This document shows positions 1-9,235 of a stretch of DNA of 64,000 nucleotides, in pieces; the stretch's first letter is position 1; each line of letters begins with the position of its first letter. The notes below the pieces were generated by a model that saw only the letters and a program-made list of their open reading frames with translations, did no database searches and was not told the DNA's origin. This DNA is from Candidatus Bathyarchaeota archaeon (GTDB taxonomy: Archaea > Thermoproteota > Bathyarchaeia > Bathyarchaeales > Bathycorpusculaceae), in NCBI GenBank assembly GCA_963815095.1, contig CAWFFH010000003.1:896001-960000 (forward strand). Direction: 5' to 3'. Position numbers and translations under genes: made by a program.

Positions 1-69
1 GGGATTTTCTGCTTTAACCACCATATTTCGCGATGGAGTTACATTTGAAACCTTGCCCAATCTTTGCAA
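1..69 (-). CDS. gar1: H/ACA RNP subunit Gar1/Naf1 family, 5' part only (runs off window)
   Basis: Manual translation from TTG at 69 gives MQRLGKVSNVTPSRNMVVKAENP, resembling archaeal Gar1 N-termini; GAGGGG SD upstream. Confidence 0.65.
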   Translation of the reverse strand, partial: MQRLGKVSNVTPSRNMVVKAENP

Positions 70-229
70 ACGCAATTCCCCTCTCGAAAAACATGTAGGA
101 ACCCGTAACAGTTTATATAAAGTTTTCTAAAAGCTTTATAAGCTGAAAGTAAAAGTCCAGCTTTTTGGGGAGAAAGATTCTTAAATGAGATGTGCGGATA
201 AGACTGTGCCTTAAAAGGGTGAGGCTAAT

Positions 230-610
230 ATGTCAAAACCATTCTATGTAAAATATGAAGTCCCAAAAGAAATCGTAGATGCAGCCTATGAAGCCCTAAC
301 GATTGCTTCAAAAACAGGATCTGTTAGGAAAGGAACAAACGAGGCAACAAAAGCTGTTGAACGCTCACAAGCAAAACTTGTCGTAATAGCTGAAGATGTT
401 GACCCACCAGAAGTTATAGCACACCTACCACTACTCTGCGACGAAAGAAAAATTCCATACGTATTCGTACCCAGCAAAGAACAACTCGGCAAATCCATCG
501 GCATCGACGTTCCATGCGCAGCAGCATGCATCATAAGAGAAGGAGAAGCAGCAGGCTTACTCAAAGAAATCGCAACTCGAATCGATCAGGTTAAACGAGG
601 AACTCAGTAA
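230..610 (+). CDS. rpl7ae: 50S ribosomal protein L7Ae
   Basis: [36 protein letters not shown] motifs. Confidence 0.98.
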   Translation: MSKPFYVKYEVPKEIVDAAYEALTIASKTGSVRKGTNEATKAVERSQAKLVVIAEDVDPPEVIAHLPLLCDERKIPYVFVPSKEQLGKSIGIDVPCAAACIIREGEAAGLLKEIATRIDQVKRGTQ

Positions 611-828
611 TGAGTAAAGAAGCAGCTGAAGAACTAATTCCGTCAGAAGTAATACAGGTCATAGGTCGCACAGGCGTAACAGGCGAAATTACACAAGTCC
701 GCGTCCGCATCATGGAAGGCAAAGATAAAGGCAGAATCATCACACGCAACGTTAAAGGACCCGTAAGAGCACAAGACATTCTGATGCTGCGAGAAACAGA
801 AAGAGAAGCAAAGAAAATAACTCGATAA
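610..828 (+). CDS. rps28e: 30S ribosomal protein S28e
   Basis: [32 protein letters not shown]; TAATG coupling to rpl7ae. Confidence 0.97.
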   Translation: MSKEAAEELIPSEVIQVIGRTGVTGEITQVRVRIMEGKDKGRIITRNVKGPVRAQDILMLRETEREAKKITR

Positions 829-848
829 AATAACCTGGAGAATTTGTC

Positions 849-1046
849 ATGCCAAAACCTAGAAAATGCTCGTTCTGTGGTGCTGATTTCCCAGCTGGCA
901 CAGGCATGATGTTCGTTAAAAACGACGGATCAATCCTTTGGTTCGATTCAAGCAAATGCAAGAAAAGTAGCATATCCTTCAAACGCGACGCACGCAAACT
1001 AAAGTGGACCAAGTACTTCGGTAAAGAAGAGAAAGGTAAAGGGTAA
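849..1046 (+). CDS. rpl24e: 50S ribosomal protein L24e
   Basis: [23 protein letters not shown]; conserved gene order. Confidence 0.97.
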   Translation: MPKPRKCSFCGADFPAGTGMMFVKNDGSILWFDSSKCKKSSISFKRDARKLKWTKYFGKEEKGKG

Positions 1047-1161
1047 ACCAACAAACAATCTTCTAGTTTTCAACCCATTTTTCCTTATTTTATTGTAATT
1101 TTAGTATTCGCTTTTTGACTGAAACCTTATCTGTTGGCTTGGGCAATGAGGGTTTGCGGTA

Positions 1162-1488
1162 TTGAATTTGCCCTGGTTCCTAGCGAAGAAAGAAGTATTC
1201 GAATGGTTAATGCACGGTCAAAAAACAATCGATGTTCGAAAAGGCAATCTTAAACCTGGTGAAATAGCTGTTTTCCAATCAGGGTCTCGTATTTTGCGCT
1301 TGAAGATAGTGAAGACAGAGAGCGGTCGGCTTACAGAGGTTTTGCGTTTGGACAATTTTAAGTTAGTTATTCCTACTGCATTAGAGCTTGGGGATGCGGT
1401 TAATTATTTAGAGAGGATTTACGGGGTTTGCGATGAGGTTTTTACTGCTTATTATATTGCACCGTTGCTTGTTTCCGAAAAATGCTAA
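1162..1488 (+). CDS. ASCH (PUA-like) domain protein
   Basis: FEWLMHGQKTIDVRKG matches the ASCH GxKxxExR motif; about 108 aa. Confidence 0.7.
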   Translation: MNLPWFLAKKEVFEWLMHGQKTIDVRKGNLKPGEIAVFQSGSRILRLKIVKTESGRLTEVLRLDNFKLVIPTALELGDAVNYLERIYGVCDEVFTAYYIAPLLVSEKC

Positions 1489-1606
1489 TTGATGCTTGAA
1501 TTTGACTTATTTTGAAATAGTATTTACGTTTTTAGCAAAAAATATATGGAAAACGTAACGCTTAAATATTTCGCCAGCCAATGTTGCCATCTAAGAGGAA
1601 AATAAA

Positions 1607-2644
1607 ATGGTGACATTCAGCGGTTGTTACACTGCACTAATAACCCCCATGAACCGTAATCGCCAAGTCGATTACGAAGGATTACAGCAACTAGTAGATT
1701 TCCAAATAAAAAACGGAGTCAAAGGTGTACTCGCCGTCGGTACAACCGGCGAAAGCCCAACCTTAGACTGGAACGAACACAGCAAAGTCATCGAGAAAGT
1801 ACACGAATATTCCAGCAATCGGGGCCAAACCATAGCAGGCACGGGAAGCAACTCAACACAAGAAGCCATAGACGGCACACAGCACGCCCAAGATTTCGGC
1901 GTAAACTGCGTTCTCCTCGTCGACCCATACTATAACGGGCCAAGTTCAATGGAGATTCGCAGAGAATACATCGAGCCCATCGCAAGTCAGTTCCCAGAAG
2001 TTCAAATAATCCCCTACATCATCCCGGGTAGAACGGGTACTCAGCTTTATCCCCAAGACCTCGCAATACTTCATCAACAGTACCCAAACGTTCGCTGCGT
2101 AAAAGAAGCCACAGGTGACCTAAAGAATATGGAGTTAACACGACAGGTCTGTGGTGCAGACTTCGACATACTCTCCGGTGACGACGACAAAACATACACA
2201 ATGATGATTTCACCCGACATAGCTGCAACCGGAGTTATATCGGTAGTCTCTAATGTTGCTCCAAGCGCAGTCGTAGACATGGTGCACTACATCCTCGACG
2301 GCAATGAAGAAGCTGCCAGCGTAATCGCTCAAGCACTCCAACCGCTCTTCAACATAGTTACTGTGAAAACCCAAGAACAAACACCTTACGGGCCAGTCGC
2401 GTGCAAAGCACGTAATCCACTCGCCTACAAGACTCTGATGAACATCTTAGGTATGCCATCGGGACCTTGCCGGCAACCGTTAGGAAAAATGACTCGCAAC
2501 GGATTAGACGTAGTCTTGGTAAACGCTAGAAAAATCTATGAAAGCAACCCACAAATCCTAAAGCCAGTCGCCGACTACTTTGGCGTCGACCTAAAGGAAC
2601 GACTCTACAACGAAAAGTATCTGGAGGAACTCTTCTACGCTTAA
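1607..2644 (+). CDS. dapA: 4-hydroxy-tetrahydrodipicolinate synthase
   Basis: TALITP, GTTGESPTL, PYYN, VKEATGD, ILSGDD. Confidence 0.95.
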   Translation: MVTFSGCYTALITPMNRNRQVDYEGLQQLVDFQIKNGVKGVLAVGTTGESPTLDWNEHSKVIEKVHEYSSNRGQTIAGTGSNSTQEAIDGTQHAQDFGVNCVLLVDPYYNGPSSMEIRREYIEPIASQFPEVQIIPYIIPGRTGTQLYPQDLAILHQQYPNVRCVKEATGDLKNMELTRQVCGADFDILSGDDDKTYTMMISPDIAATGVISVVSNVAPSAVVDMVHYILDGNEEAASVIAQALQPLFNIVTVKTQEQTPYGPVACKARNPLAYKTLMNILGMPSGPCRQPLGKMTRNGLDVVLVNARKIYESNPQILKPVADYFGVDLKERLYNEKYLEELFYA

Positions 2645-3431
2645 GCTCTGTGTTGCAGGCGCTGCAGGCCGAATGGGCAACGCTATCATTAGTGAAGCAA
2701 CATCAAAAGGACACCAAATCATAGGTGCCACAGAAGGACGCAACTCACCCTGCATAGGCAAAAGCCTTCGCCAACTAAACATCACTAATTCCGACACAAA
2801 AATTCTAAGCTCCGACAAACTAAGCGAAGCAGCCAGAGACGCTGACGTTTACATAAGCTTTACAATACCCGCTGCCGAACTAATCAACATCCCAATCGTC
2901 GCCAACCTCAGAAAACCCATAATCCTCGGCACCACAGGCTTCACCCCAGAACAATACAGACAAATTGTATCTGTAATGTCGGGAAAAGTCCCAGCTGTGT
3001 TCTCGCCAAACTACAGTGTAGGCGTCAACATACTCTTCAAGATAGCCGAATCCCTCAAAGCCTTTCCACAAGGCTTCGATTTCAGCCTAAGCGAAATTCA
3101 CCACACCGGCAAGAAGGATGCACCAAGCGGAACAGCAAAGAAACTTGAACAAATAGTTTCCCAAGCTCGTGGTTACTCAAAGACTGTTTACGGCAGGGAA
3201 GGTATTAGCCAACGTCAACCGGCAGAACTTGAATCGGTAGCACTTAGGGCAGGTGGAGTCCCAGGAATCCATGAAGTCATAGTTGCCGGACCCTACGAAA
3301 TGCTGCGAATTGAGCACATAGCTTTCTCTCGGAACGTGTTTGCACAGGGCGCTGTGTATGCAGCTGAATGGTTAAGCAAGCAAAATGAACCTAAAGTGTT
3401 CAGTATGGCAGATGTTTTAGGTTTAACTTGA
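2637..3431 (+). CDS. dapB: 4-hydroxy-tetrahydrodipicolinate reductase; apparent ACG start at 2637 (track start 2673 truncates the Rossmann motif)
   Basis: xLKLCVAGAAGRMG, GTTGF, EIHHTGKKDAPSGTA, FAQGA motifs; GGAGG at 2623-2627. Confidence 0.93.
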   Translation, partial: TLKLCVAGAAGRMGNAIISEATSKGHQIIGATEGRNSPCIGKSLRQLNITNSDTKILSSDKLSEAARDADVYISFTIPAAELINIPIVANLRKPIILGTTGFTPEQYRQIVSVMSGKVPAVFSPNYSVGVNILFKIAESLKAFPQGFDFSLSEIHHTGKKDAPSGTAKKLEQIVSQARGYSKTVYGREGISQRQPAELESVALRAGGVPGIHEVIVAGPYEMLRIEHIAFSRNVFAQGAVYAAEWLSKQNEPKVFSMADVLGLT

Positions 3432-3498
3432 CCACCAAAACCATTAACTTTTTTATCGAGTATATACAAAGTGAAAAGAGCAAAGGAAGAAAAAGCCC

Positions 3499-4557
3499 AT
3501 GCCCAATAAACGTAAAGTCGCCATCATAGGCGCAACTGGAACCGTTGGACAACGGTACATTCAACTCTTGCAAGGTCACCCATGGTTCAAGATTGAGGTG
3601 CTTGCCGCTTCAGAGCGGTCAGCAGGAAAAAAATACAAAGATGCATGCAACTGGCTTATGGAATCGGAACTGCCTACAGAGATCGCTGAAATGCCTGTAG
3701 TCAACGCTGACGTGGTATCTGTAGAAAAGGCAGGCGATATAGACTTGGTTTTCTCCTCAATGCCAGGTGATTTAGCTGGACCGGTTGAATCTGAGTTTGC
3801 AGCATTTTATCCGGTGTTTAGTAAGGCAAGTGCTCACCGAATGGGAAAAGATGTGCCCCTTATTATTCCAGAAATCAATCCTGACCACGCCGAGTTAATC
3901 AAGGTTCAGCAGAACGCTCGGGGTTGGAAAGGGTTCATTTCAACCGACCCAAACTGCAGCACTATCCAAATGGCGATTACCCTAAAACCGCTAATGCAGT
4001 TCGGTTTAAAGCAAGTTATAGTTACTACAATGCAAGCGCTTAGTGGTGCAGGCTACCCAGGCGTAGCTTCAATGGACATCATTGACAATGTCGTTCCCTT
4101 CATCTCTGGCGAAGAAGACAAGATGGAGTCAGAAGCCCTGAAAATATTGGGAACTTTCAACCGAGGCATCATCCAGAATGCAGATTTCAAGCTTAGCGCT
4201 AGTTGTAACCGAGTCAACGTAAAAGATGGCCACTTAGAATCCATATTCGTAAAACTAGACCAAGACCCTTCAATTGAGCAAATTGAAGCAGCGTTTGAAG
4301 ATTTCAGAGGAGCACCACAATTGCTCAAGTTGCCCTCTGCTCCAGAGAACCCAATTATCGTTCGTCACGAAAAGAATCGTCCTCAACCACGTTTTGACCG
4401 TGACGCTGGTCTCGGTATGAGCGTAGTCGTCGGGAGAATCCGCAAGGATCCAATAATGACTTTCAAGTACATGTGCCTTGGGCATAATACGGTTCGGGGA
4501 GCCGCAGGTGGAGGCATTCTGAGCGCAGAGTTGTATGTGGCTAACGGTTTAGCTTAA
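3499..4557 (+). CDS. asd: Aspartate-semialdehyde dehydrogenase (archaeal/fungal type)
   Basis: GATGTVGQ, PNCST, MQALSGAGYPG, HNTVRGAAGG. Confidence 0.96.
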   Translation: MPNKRKVAIIGATGTVGQRYIQLLQGHPWFKIEVLAASERSAGKKYKDACNWLMESELPTEIAEMPVVNADVVSVEKAGDIDLVFSSMPGDLAGPVESEFAAFYPVFSKASAHRMGKDVPLIIPEINPDHAELIKVQQNARGWKGFISTDPNCSTIQMAITLKPLMQFGLKQVIVTTMQALSGAGYPGVASMDIIDNVVPFISGEEDKMESEALKILGTFNRGIIQNADFKLSASCNRVNVKDGHLESIFVKLDQDPSIEQIEAAFEDFRGAPQLLKLPSAPENPIIVRHEKNRPQPRFDRDAGLGMSVVVGRIRKDPIMTFKYMCLGHNTVRGAAGGGILSAELYVANGLA

Positions 4558-4593
4558 ATGCTGTTCCGATAGTAACTGTAGAATCTGGTGTAG

Positions 4594-5886
4594 TTGATGG
4601 TTAAGAGAAAGCTTCGCGAACCCTTAGAAGACCGAAAAGGCAGCCTCTTCTTTGACGGTTTCTCAGTTAAAGATTTGGCTGAAAAATATGATACGCCACT
4701 ATACGTGTTAAGCGAGAAACGAATTAGAGACAACTACAACCGTATCCACAATGCCTTAATTAGCACCTACAAACACCTGCGAGTTTACTATGCCGCCAAA
4801 GCCAACAGCAATCTAACTGTACTGAAGATTCTCCAGTCCGAAGGCGCATACTTAGACACCGTTAGCCCTGGCGAAGTTTTCATGGGCTTAAGCAGCGGAT
4901 ACACGCCAGACCGCATCCTGTTCACTGGAACAAGCGTAAGAAACGACGAATTAAAGTTCCTATCCGACGCCAATATCACGGTTAACGTGGATTCACAATC
5001 AGAGCTCGATAGGTTACTAAAGATTGAAGTTCCACAAACAGTTTCCATTCGTGTTAACCCCGAAATCGGCGCTGGACACCACAGTCATTGCATAACAGCT
5101 GGTCCCGAATCCAAGTTTGGGTTATGGGAGGAAGAAGCCATACAAGCTTACGCAATTGCCAAGCAAGCTCGTGTTGAACGCTTTGGCATCCATATGCACA
5201 TTGGTTCCGGCATCCTTGAGATTGAACCTTATGCTTTGGCGGTTGAAAAGCTTCTATCCATAGCTAAGCGTGTGCACGATGAAGTAGGCATAGCATTTGA
5301 GTTTATTGACATTGGTGGCGGATTTGGCGTTCCATACAAGTCCGAAGACAAAGACTTAGACCTTACAGAATTTGCCAACAAAATTGTGACCCCATTTAAG
5401 AACAAAGTTAAGGAATATGGTTTGGGTAAGCCGTTTTTGTGTGTTGAACCAGGACGGTACCTTGTATGCGACGCAAGCATTCTCCTAACAACTGTGAACA
5501 CAGTTAAGACAACGCCTTCCAAAAAATTCGTCGGAGTAGATGCAGGCTTTAACACACTTGTTCGTCCCACAATGTATGGTTCATACCATCCAATTCTGGT
5601 TACCAACAAAGTTGCGCAGGCTGGTAAGGAAACCTATGACATAGTAGGTCCGATCTGTGAGTCAGGTGATGCATTGGCCAAAGACCGCCAATTACCAAAG
5701 GTTGAGGAAGGTGATTTGCTGGCTGTTCTAAATGCTGGCGCTTATGGGTTCAGCATGAGTTCACAATACAACTCACGACCCCGAGCTGCAGAAGTGATGA
5801 TTCGACAAGGCAAGGATGTTTTAGTCCGCAAGCGTGAGGAACTAAGCGATTTGATGGCCAGTCAACGGATGCAGAGTGGGTCTTGA
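4594..5886 (+). CDS. lysA: Diaminopimelate decarboxylase
   Basis: YAAKAN (PLP Lys), HMHIGS, DIGGGFG, EPGRYLV, GPICESGD, YNSRPR. Confidence 0.96.
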   Translation: MMVKRKLREPLEDRKGSLFFDGFSVKDLAEKYDTPLYVLSEKRIRDNYNRIHNALISTYKHLRVYYAAKANSNLTVLKILQSEGAYLDTVSPGEVFMGLSSGYTPDRILFTGTSVRNDELKFLSDANITVNVDSQSELDRLLKIEVPQTVSIRVNPEIGAGHHSHCITAGPESKFGLWEEEAIQAYAIAKQARVERFGIHMHIGSGILEIEPYALAVEKLLSIAKRVHDEVGIAFEFIDIGGGFGVPYKSEDKDLDLTEFANKIVTPFKNKVKEYGLGKPFLCVEPGRYLVCDASILLTTVNTVKTTPSKKFVGVDAGFNTLVRPTMYGSYHPILVTNKVAQAGKETYDIVGPICESGDALAKDRQLPKVEEGDLLAVLNAGAYGFSMSSQYNSRPRAAEVMIRQGKDVLVRKREELSDLMASQRMQSGS

Positions 5887-6717
5887 TGCGTTTTTGGAAG
5901 ATGCATGGTTTAGGCAACGACTATATTGTTATTGATAATAGGGACATGAAAATCAGCGATGATGGGGCAGCCGAATTAGCTAAGACTCTTTGTGAGAGAC
6001 GTTTCTCAGTTGGCGCCGATGGACTTCTTCTTGTATGCACTTCTAAAGTAGCCGATGTGAAGATGAGGATTTTCAACTCTGATGGTAGTGAAGCTGAAAT
6101 GTGCGGAAACGGCATACGCTGTTTCTCCAAATACTGCTACGAAAATGACATTGCAAAGAAAGCTGAGTTTACAGTTGAAACCCTCTCTGGCATAAAGCAT
6201 GTATGGTTAACCCTAAATGGCAAAGAAGTCGCAACCGTGAAAGTTGATATGGGTGCACCCAACTGGCAGCGAGTGTCGCTTCCAATGATAGGTGAAGGTA
6301 CTTGCATTAATGGTGACTTAAGTTGATGGTGAACCCTACAAAGTTACTTGCTTGTCGATGGGGAATCCCCACTGTGTTATTTTCGTGGAAAACATTGATG
6401 AATTTCCAGTTGACTATGTTGGTCCAATAATAGAAAATGATAGAGCTTTCCCCAAAAGAACTAACGTGGGTTTCGTTCAAGTTCTAACCAAAAATGAACT
6501 TAAGGTTCGAGTTTGGGAACGCGGTTGCGGAGAAACCCTTGCGTGCGGTACTGGCACCTGCGCAGCAGCGGCGGCTGCTAACAAGCTCGGAAAAGTTGGC
6601 ACCAAAGTCACAGTTCATATTCTTGGCGGAGACCTGCAAGTGGAAGTCAGCAAAACCCTCTTCCTAACCGGAGCCGCAGAGAAAGTTTACGAAGGAACAT
6701 TATTCAAGGAGCCATAA
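5883..6717 (+). CDS. dapF: Diaminopimelate epimerase, split by a +1 frameshift at about 6321
   Basis: KMHGLGNDY and EAEMCGNGIRC in ORF 5883-6326; MGNPHCV and ERGCGETLACGTG in the +1 frame. Confidence 0.92.
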
Positions 6718-6720
6718 CAC

Positions 6721-7881
6721 ATGACGTTTGAGTACGCAGACCGAATAAAAAGATTACCACCCTACCTATTTGCAGAACTAGAAAAACTTACACGAGAAAA
6801 GAAACTTAAAGGAATCGACCTTATCTCACTGAGTATCGGTGACCCTGACCTTCCCCCGCCGCCCTTCATCATCGAATCACTAAGAAAAGAAGCGGGCAAC
6901 CTGAAGAATCATAACTACTCTTTTAGTCAAGGCGAACCAGACTTCAGAGAAGCAGTGACGGCATGGTGCAAGAAACGGTTCAATGTTGATTTGCAACAGG
7001 ACCAAGTTGTTGCACTTTTGGGATCAAAGGAGGGGATAGCAAACATTGCTCGAGCATTCATTAATCCAGGCGACCGAGTTTTGGTACCGGACCCAGCTTA
7101 CCCAGTGTATGCTCAGGGCAGCACAATCCTTTGCGATGGTATAACTGTGCCCCTGCCCTTGCTTGAAGAGAATGGTTTCAAGCCCAACTTTGATGCAATC
7201 GACGTCGACAAAGCAAAGATGATCTTTCTTAATTATCCAAACAACCCTACTGCCGCGACGGTTGATAAGAAATTCCTTAAAGAAGCTGTTGATTTCGCCA
7301 AAGACCACAATCTGATGTTGTGCTATGACAATGCATATTCAGAAGTCACTTATGATGGCTATCGCGCTCCGAGCATACTTCAAGTTGATGGCGCAATGGA
7401 TGTTGCAATAGAGTTTCATTCGCTTTCCAAAACCTTCAACATGACTGGAGACCGCATTGGGTTTGCTGTTGGAAACAAGCAGCTTGTGAGCGGTTTAACT
7501 AAAGTGAAAACCCAAATAGACAGTGGACCACCCGTGTACACTCAGAAGGTCGCCGTGAAAGCTTTAGGTGCCTACACTAGTAGTGAACCGCCAGAGTTCC
7601 TGCAGAAAAACAACCAAATCCTCCAAGAACGTCGCGACTTGCTCGTGAACACGCTTTGCAAGCTTGGTTATGAAGTTGAAAAGCCAAAGGCTACCTTCTA
7701 TGTTTGGGTCAACTGCATGTGCGACTCAATGAAATTCGTTGCAAAACTTCTCGATGTCGGTGTGGCAGTGACGCCAGGGGATGGTTTTGGCAAATACGGT
7801 GAAGGCTACGCACGCATAACATTCACGCAGCCCAAAGAACTCATAGTGGAAGCTTGCAAGAGGATAGCCAACGCCTTTTAA
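6721..7881 (+). CDS. dapL: LL-diaminopimelate aminotransferase (class I/II PLP)
   Basis: LPPYLFA, LGSKEGI, NYPNNPT, EFHSLSKTFNMTGDRIG; last gene of the dap operon. Confidence 0.85.
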   Translation: MTFEYADRIKRLPPYLFAELEKLTREKKLKGIDLISLSIGDPDLPPPPFIIESLRKEAGNLKNHNYSFSQGEPDFREAVTAWCKKRFNVDLQQDQVVALLGSKEGIANIARAFINPGDRVLVPDPAYPVYAQGSTILCDGITVPLPLLEENGFKPNFDAIDVDKAKMIFLNYPNNPTAATVDKKFLKEAVDFAKDHNLMLCYDNAYSEVTYDGYRAPSILQVDGAMDVAIEFHSLSKTFNMTGDRIGFAVGNKQLVSGLTKVKTQIDSGPPVYTQKVAVKALGAYTSSEPPEFLQKNNQILQERRDLLVNTLCKLGYEVEKPKATFYVWVNCMCDSMKFVAKLLDVGVAVTPGDGFGKYGEGYARITFTQPKELIVEACKRIANAF

Positions 7882-7958
7882 CATCCCTCTTCTTGAAACT
7901 TTGTGTACCTTCGCAAGTTTATTATTCCATTAGTTGCCATTATTCTATCGGTGTCCTT

Positions 7959-8987
7959 TTGGGCGTAAATTTCAAAGACCTCATACCAAAAACCCCCGTG
8001 AAACTCGAAGACCTAGGCGGCAAAATCATAGCCATCGACGCATACAACGCCATCTACCAGTTCCTCAGCATAATCCGTCAACCAGACGGCACACCACTCA
8101 AAGATAGCTCAGGAAAAATCACCAGCCACCTAAGCGGACTCTTCTACCGCACAAGCAACCTGATCGAAATGGGCATAAAACCCGTCTACGTCTTTGATGG
8201 CGAATCCCCAACTTTGAAGGCAGCTGAAGTCGAGCGGCGCAGACAAGTAAAAGTTGTAGCAACTGCACATTATGAGAAGGCTGCTGCAAAAGGCGACACA
8301 GAAAAAATGTTCATGTACGCTCAGGCATCGACAAGCATGAAAGATTACATGTTAGACGACAGCCAAAAACTCTTGGAGCTAATGGGCTTACCGTGGGTAC
8401 AAGCACCAAGCGAAGGTGAAGCTCAAGCGGCACACATGAACAAGAAAGGCGATGCAGACTACTGCGCAAGCCAAGATTATGATAGTCTCCTTTTTGGCGC
8501 ATGTAAGCTCCTTAGAAACGTGACCATTTCAGGAAGAAGAAAAAGAGGAAAAGTCACTATTGAAGTAGTTCCAGAAGTTGTTGAGTTACCCAAAACGCTT
8601 CATGAATGCGGTTTAACACGTGAGCAGTTAATTGATGTTGGTATCTTAATTGGTACTGACTTTAACCCAGACGGCGTAAAAGGGATAGGGCCTAAAACAG
8701 CGCTCAAACTCATAAAGCAATACAGCACCCTCAAGAACGCTCTGCCTCACATAGAAAATGTAACTTTTGCTGACAAGATTGATGAAATCCAGCAAATTTT
8801 TTTGCACCCAAAAGTCACTGATAGCTACAAGATACAGTGGAAAGAACCTGATGAGAATGGTTTGATCGATTTTATGAGTCGTCAAAAAGAATTTGGCGAG
8901 GAACGCATCAAAAAATCCATAGAGCGGATGACTGCAGGAAGCAAGAAGCAGAAGGGAAAAGTTTCGCTGGAAAAATGGTTCGGCTAA
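7959..8987 (+). CDS. fen: Flap endonuclease 1
   Basis: TTG start MGVNFKDL; DAYNAIYQFLSIIRQPDG, APSEGEAQAA, SQDYD, GTDFN, C-terminal PIP-like SLEKWF. Confidence 0.97.
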   Translation: MGVNFKDLIPKTPVKLEDLGGKIIAIDAYNAIYQFLSIIRQPDGTPLKDSSGKITSHLSGLFYRTSNLIEMGIKPVYVFDGESPTLKAAEVERRRQVKVVATAHYEKAAAKGDTEKMFMYAQASTSMKDYMLDDSQKLLELMGLPWVQAPSEGEAQAAHMNKKGDADYCASQDYDSLLFGACKLLRNVTISGRRKRGKVTIEVVPEVVELPKTLHECGLTREQLIDVGILIGTDFNPDGVKGIGPKTALKLIKQYSTLKNALPHIENVTFADKIDEIQQIFLHPKVTDSYKIQWKEPDENGLIDFMSRQKEFGEERIKKSIERMTAGSKKQKGKVSLEKWFG

Positions 8988-8993
8988 TCCATT

Positions 8994-9137
8994 CTATTGG
9001 GTGAATTTTTGGCAGGTGCAGCCTTTGATGGTGCATTGTTGGTCTTGTTGATGGGTTCCTCTTGGGTGTCCGCAGGTAGCACATGATTTTAGAAGTGTTG
9101 CACTTAGGATTGCATCTTGAGTTAAGATATCACTCAT
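8994..9137 (-). CDS. 47-aa Cys/His-rich putative zinc-binding microprotein (not in ORF track)
   Basis: MSDILTQDAILSATLLKSCATCGHPRGTHQQDQQCTIKGCTCQKFTQ; fills the fen-glmS gap; TTTAAG box upstream. Confidence 0.75.
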   Translation of the reverse strand: MSDILTQDAILSATLLKSCATCGHPRGTHQQDQQCTIKGCTCQKFTQ

Positions 9138-9235
9138 AAATGAAAGAATACATACTTAAAACTTAAAGAATTTTCCCCATTAAACCGACTTTCTATTTCT
9201 TATAAACTAACAAAACAAAAGAAAGAAAAATGAGA

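Noticed and set aside
205-232. Possible autoregulatory K-turn in the rpl7ae leader (GCCT...AGGC hairpin covering GGGTGA)
   Set aside because: No tandem G.A pairs can be formed on the 5' strand; only a weak 4-bp stem
6324-6326. Selenocysteine or pyrrolysine readthrough at the internal stops of the split genes
   Set aside because: Homology continues in the +1 frame rather than the same frame, so readthrough cannot explain it
7854-7958. N-terminal extensions in the ORF track (fen, proS, rbcL, AMP phosphorylase, trxB, psmB and others)
   Set aside because: They are longest-ORF artefacts; conserved N-termini and SD positions point to downstream starts
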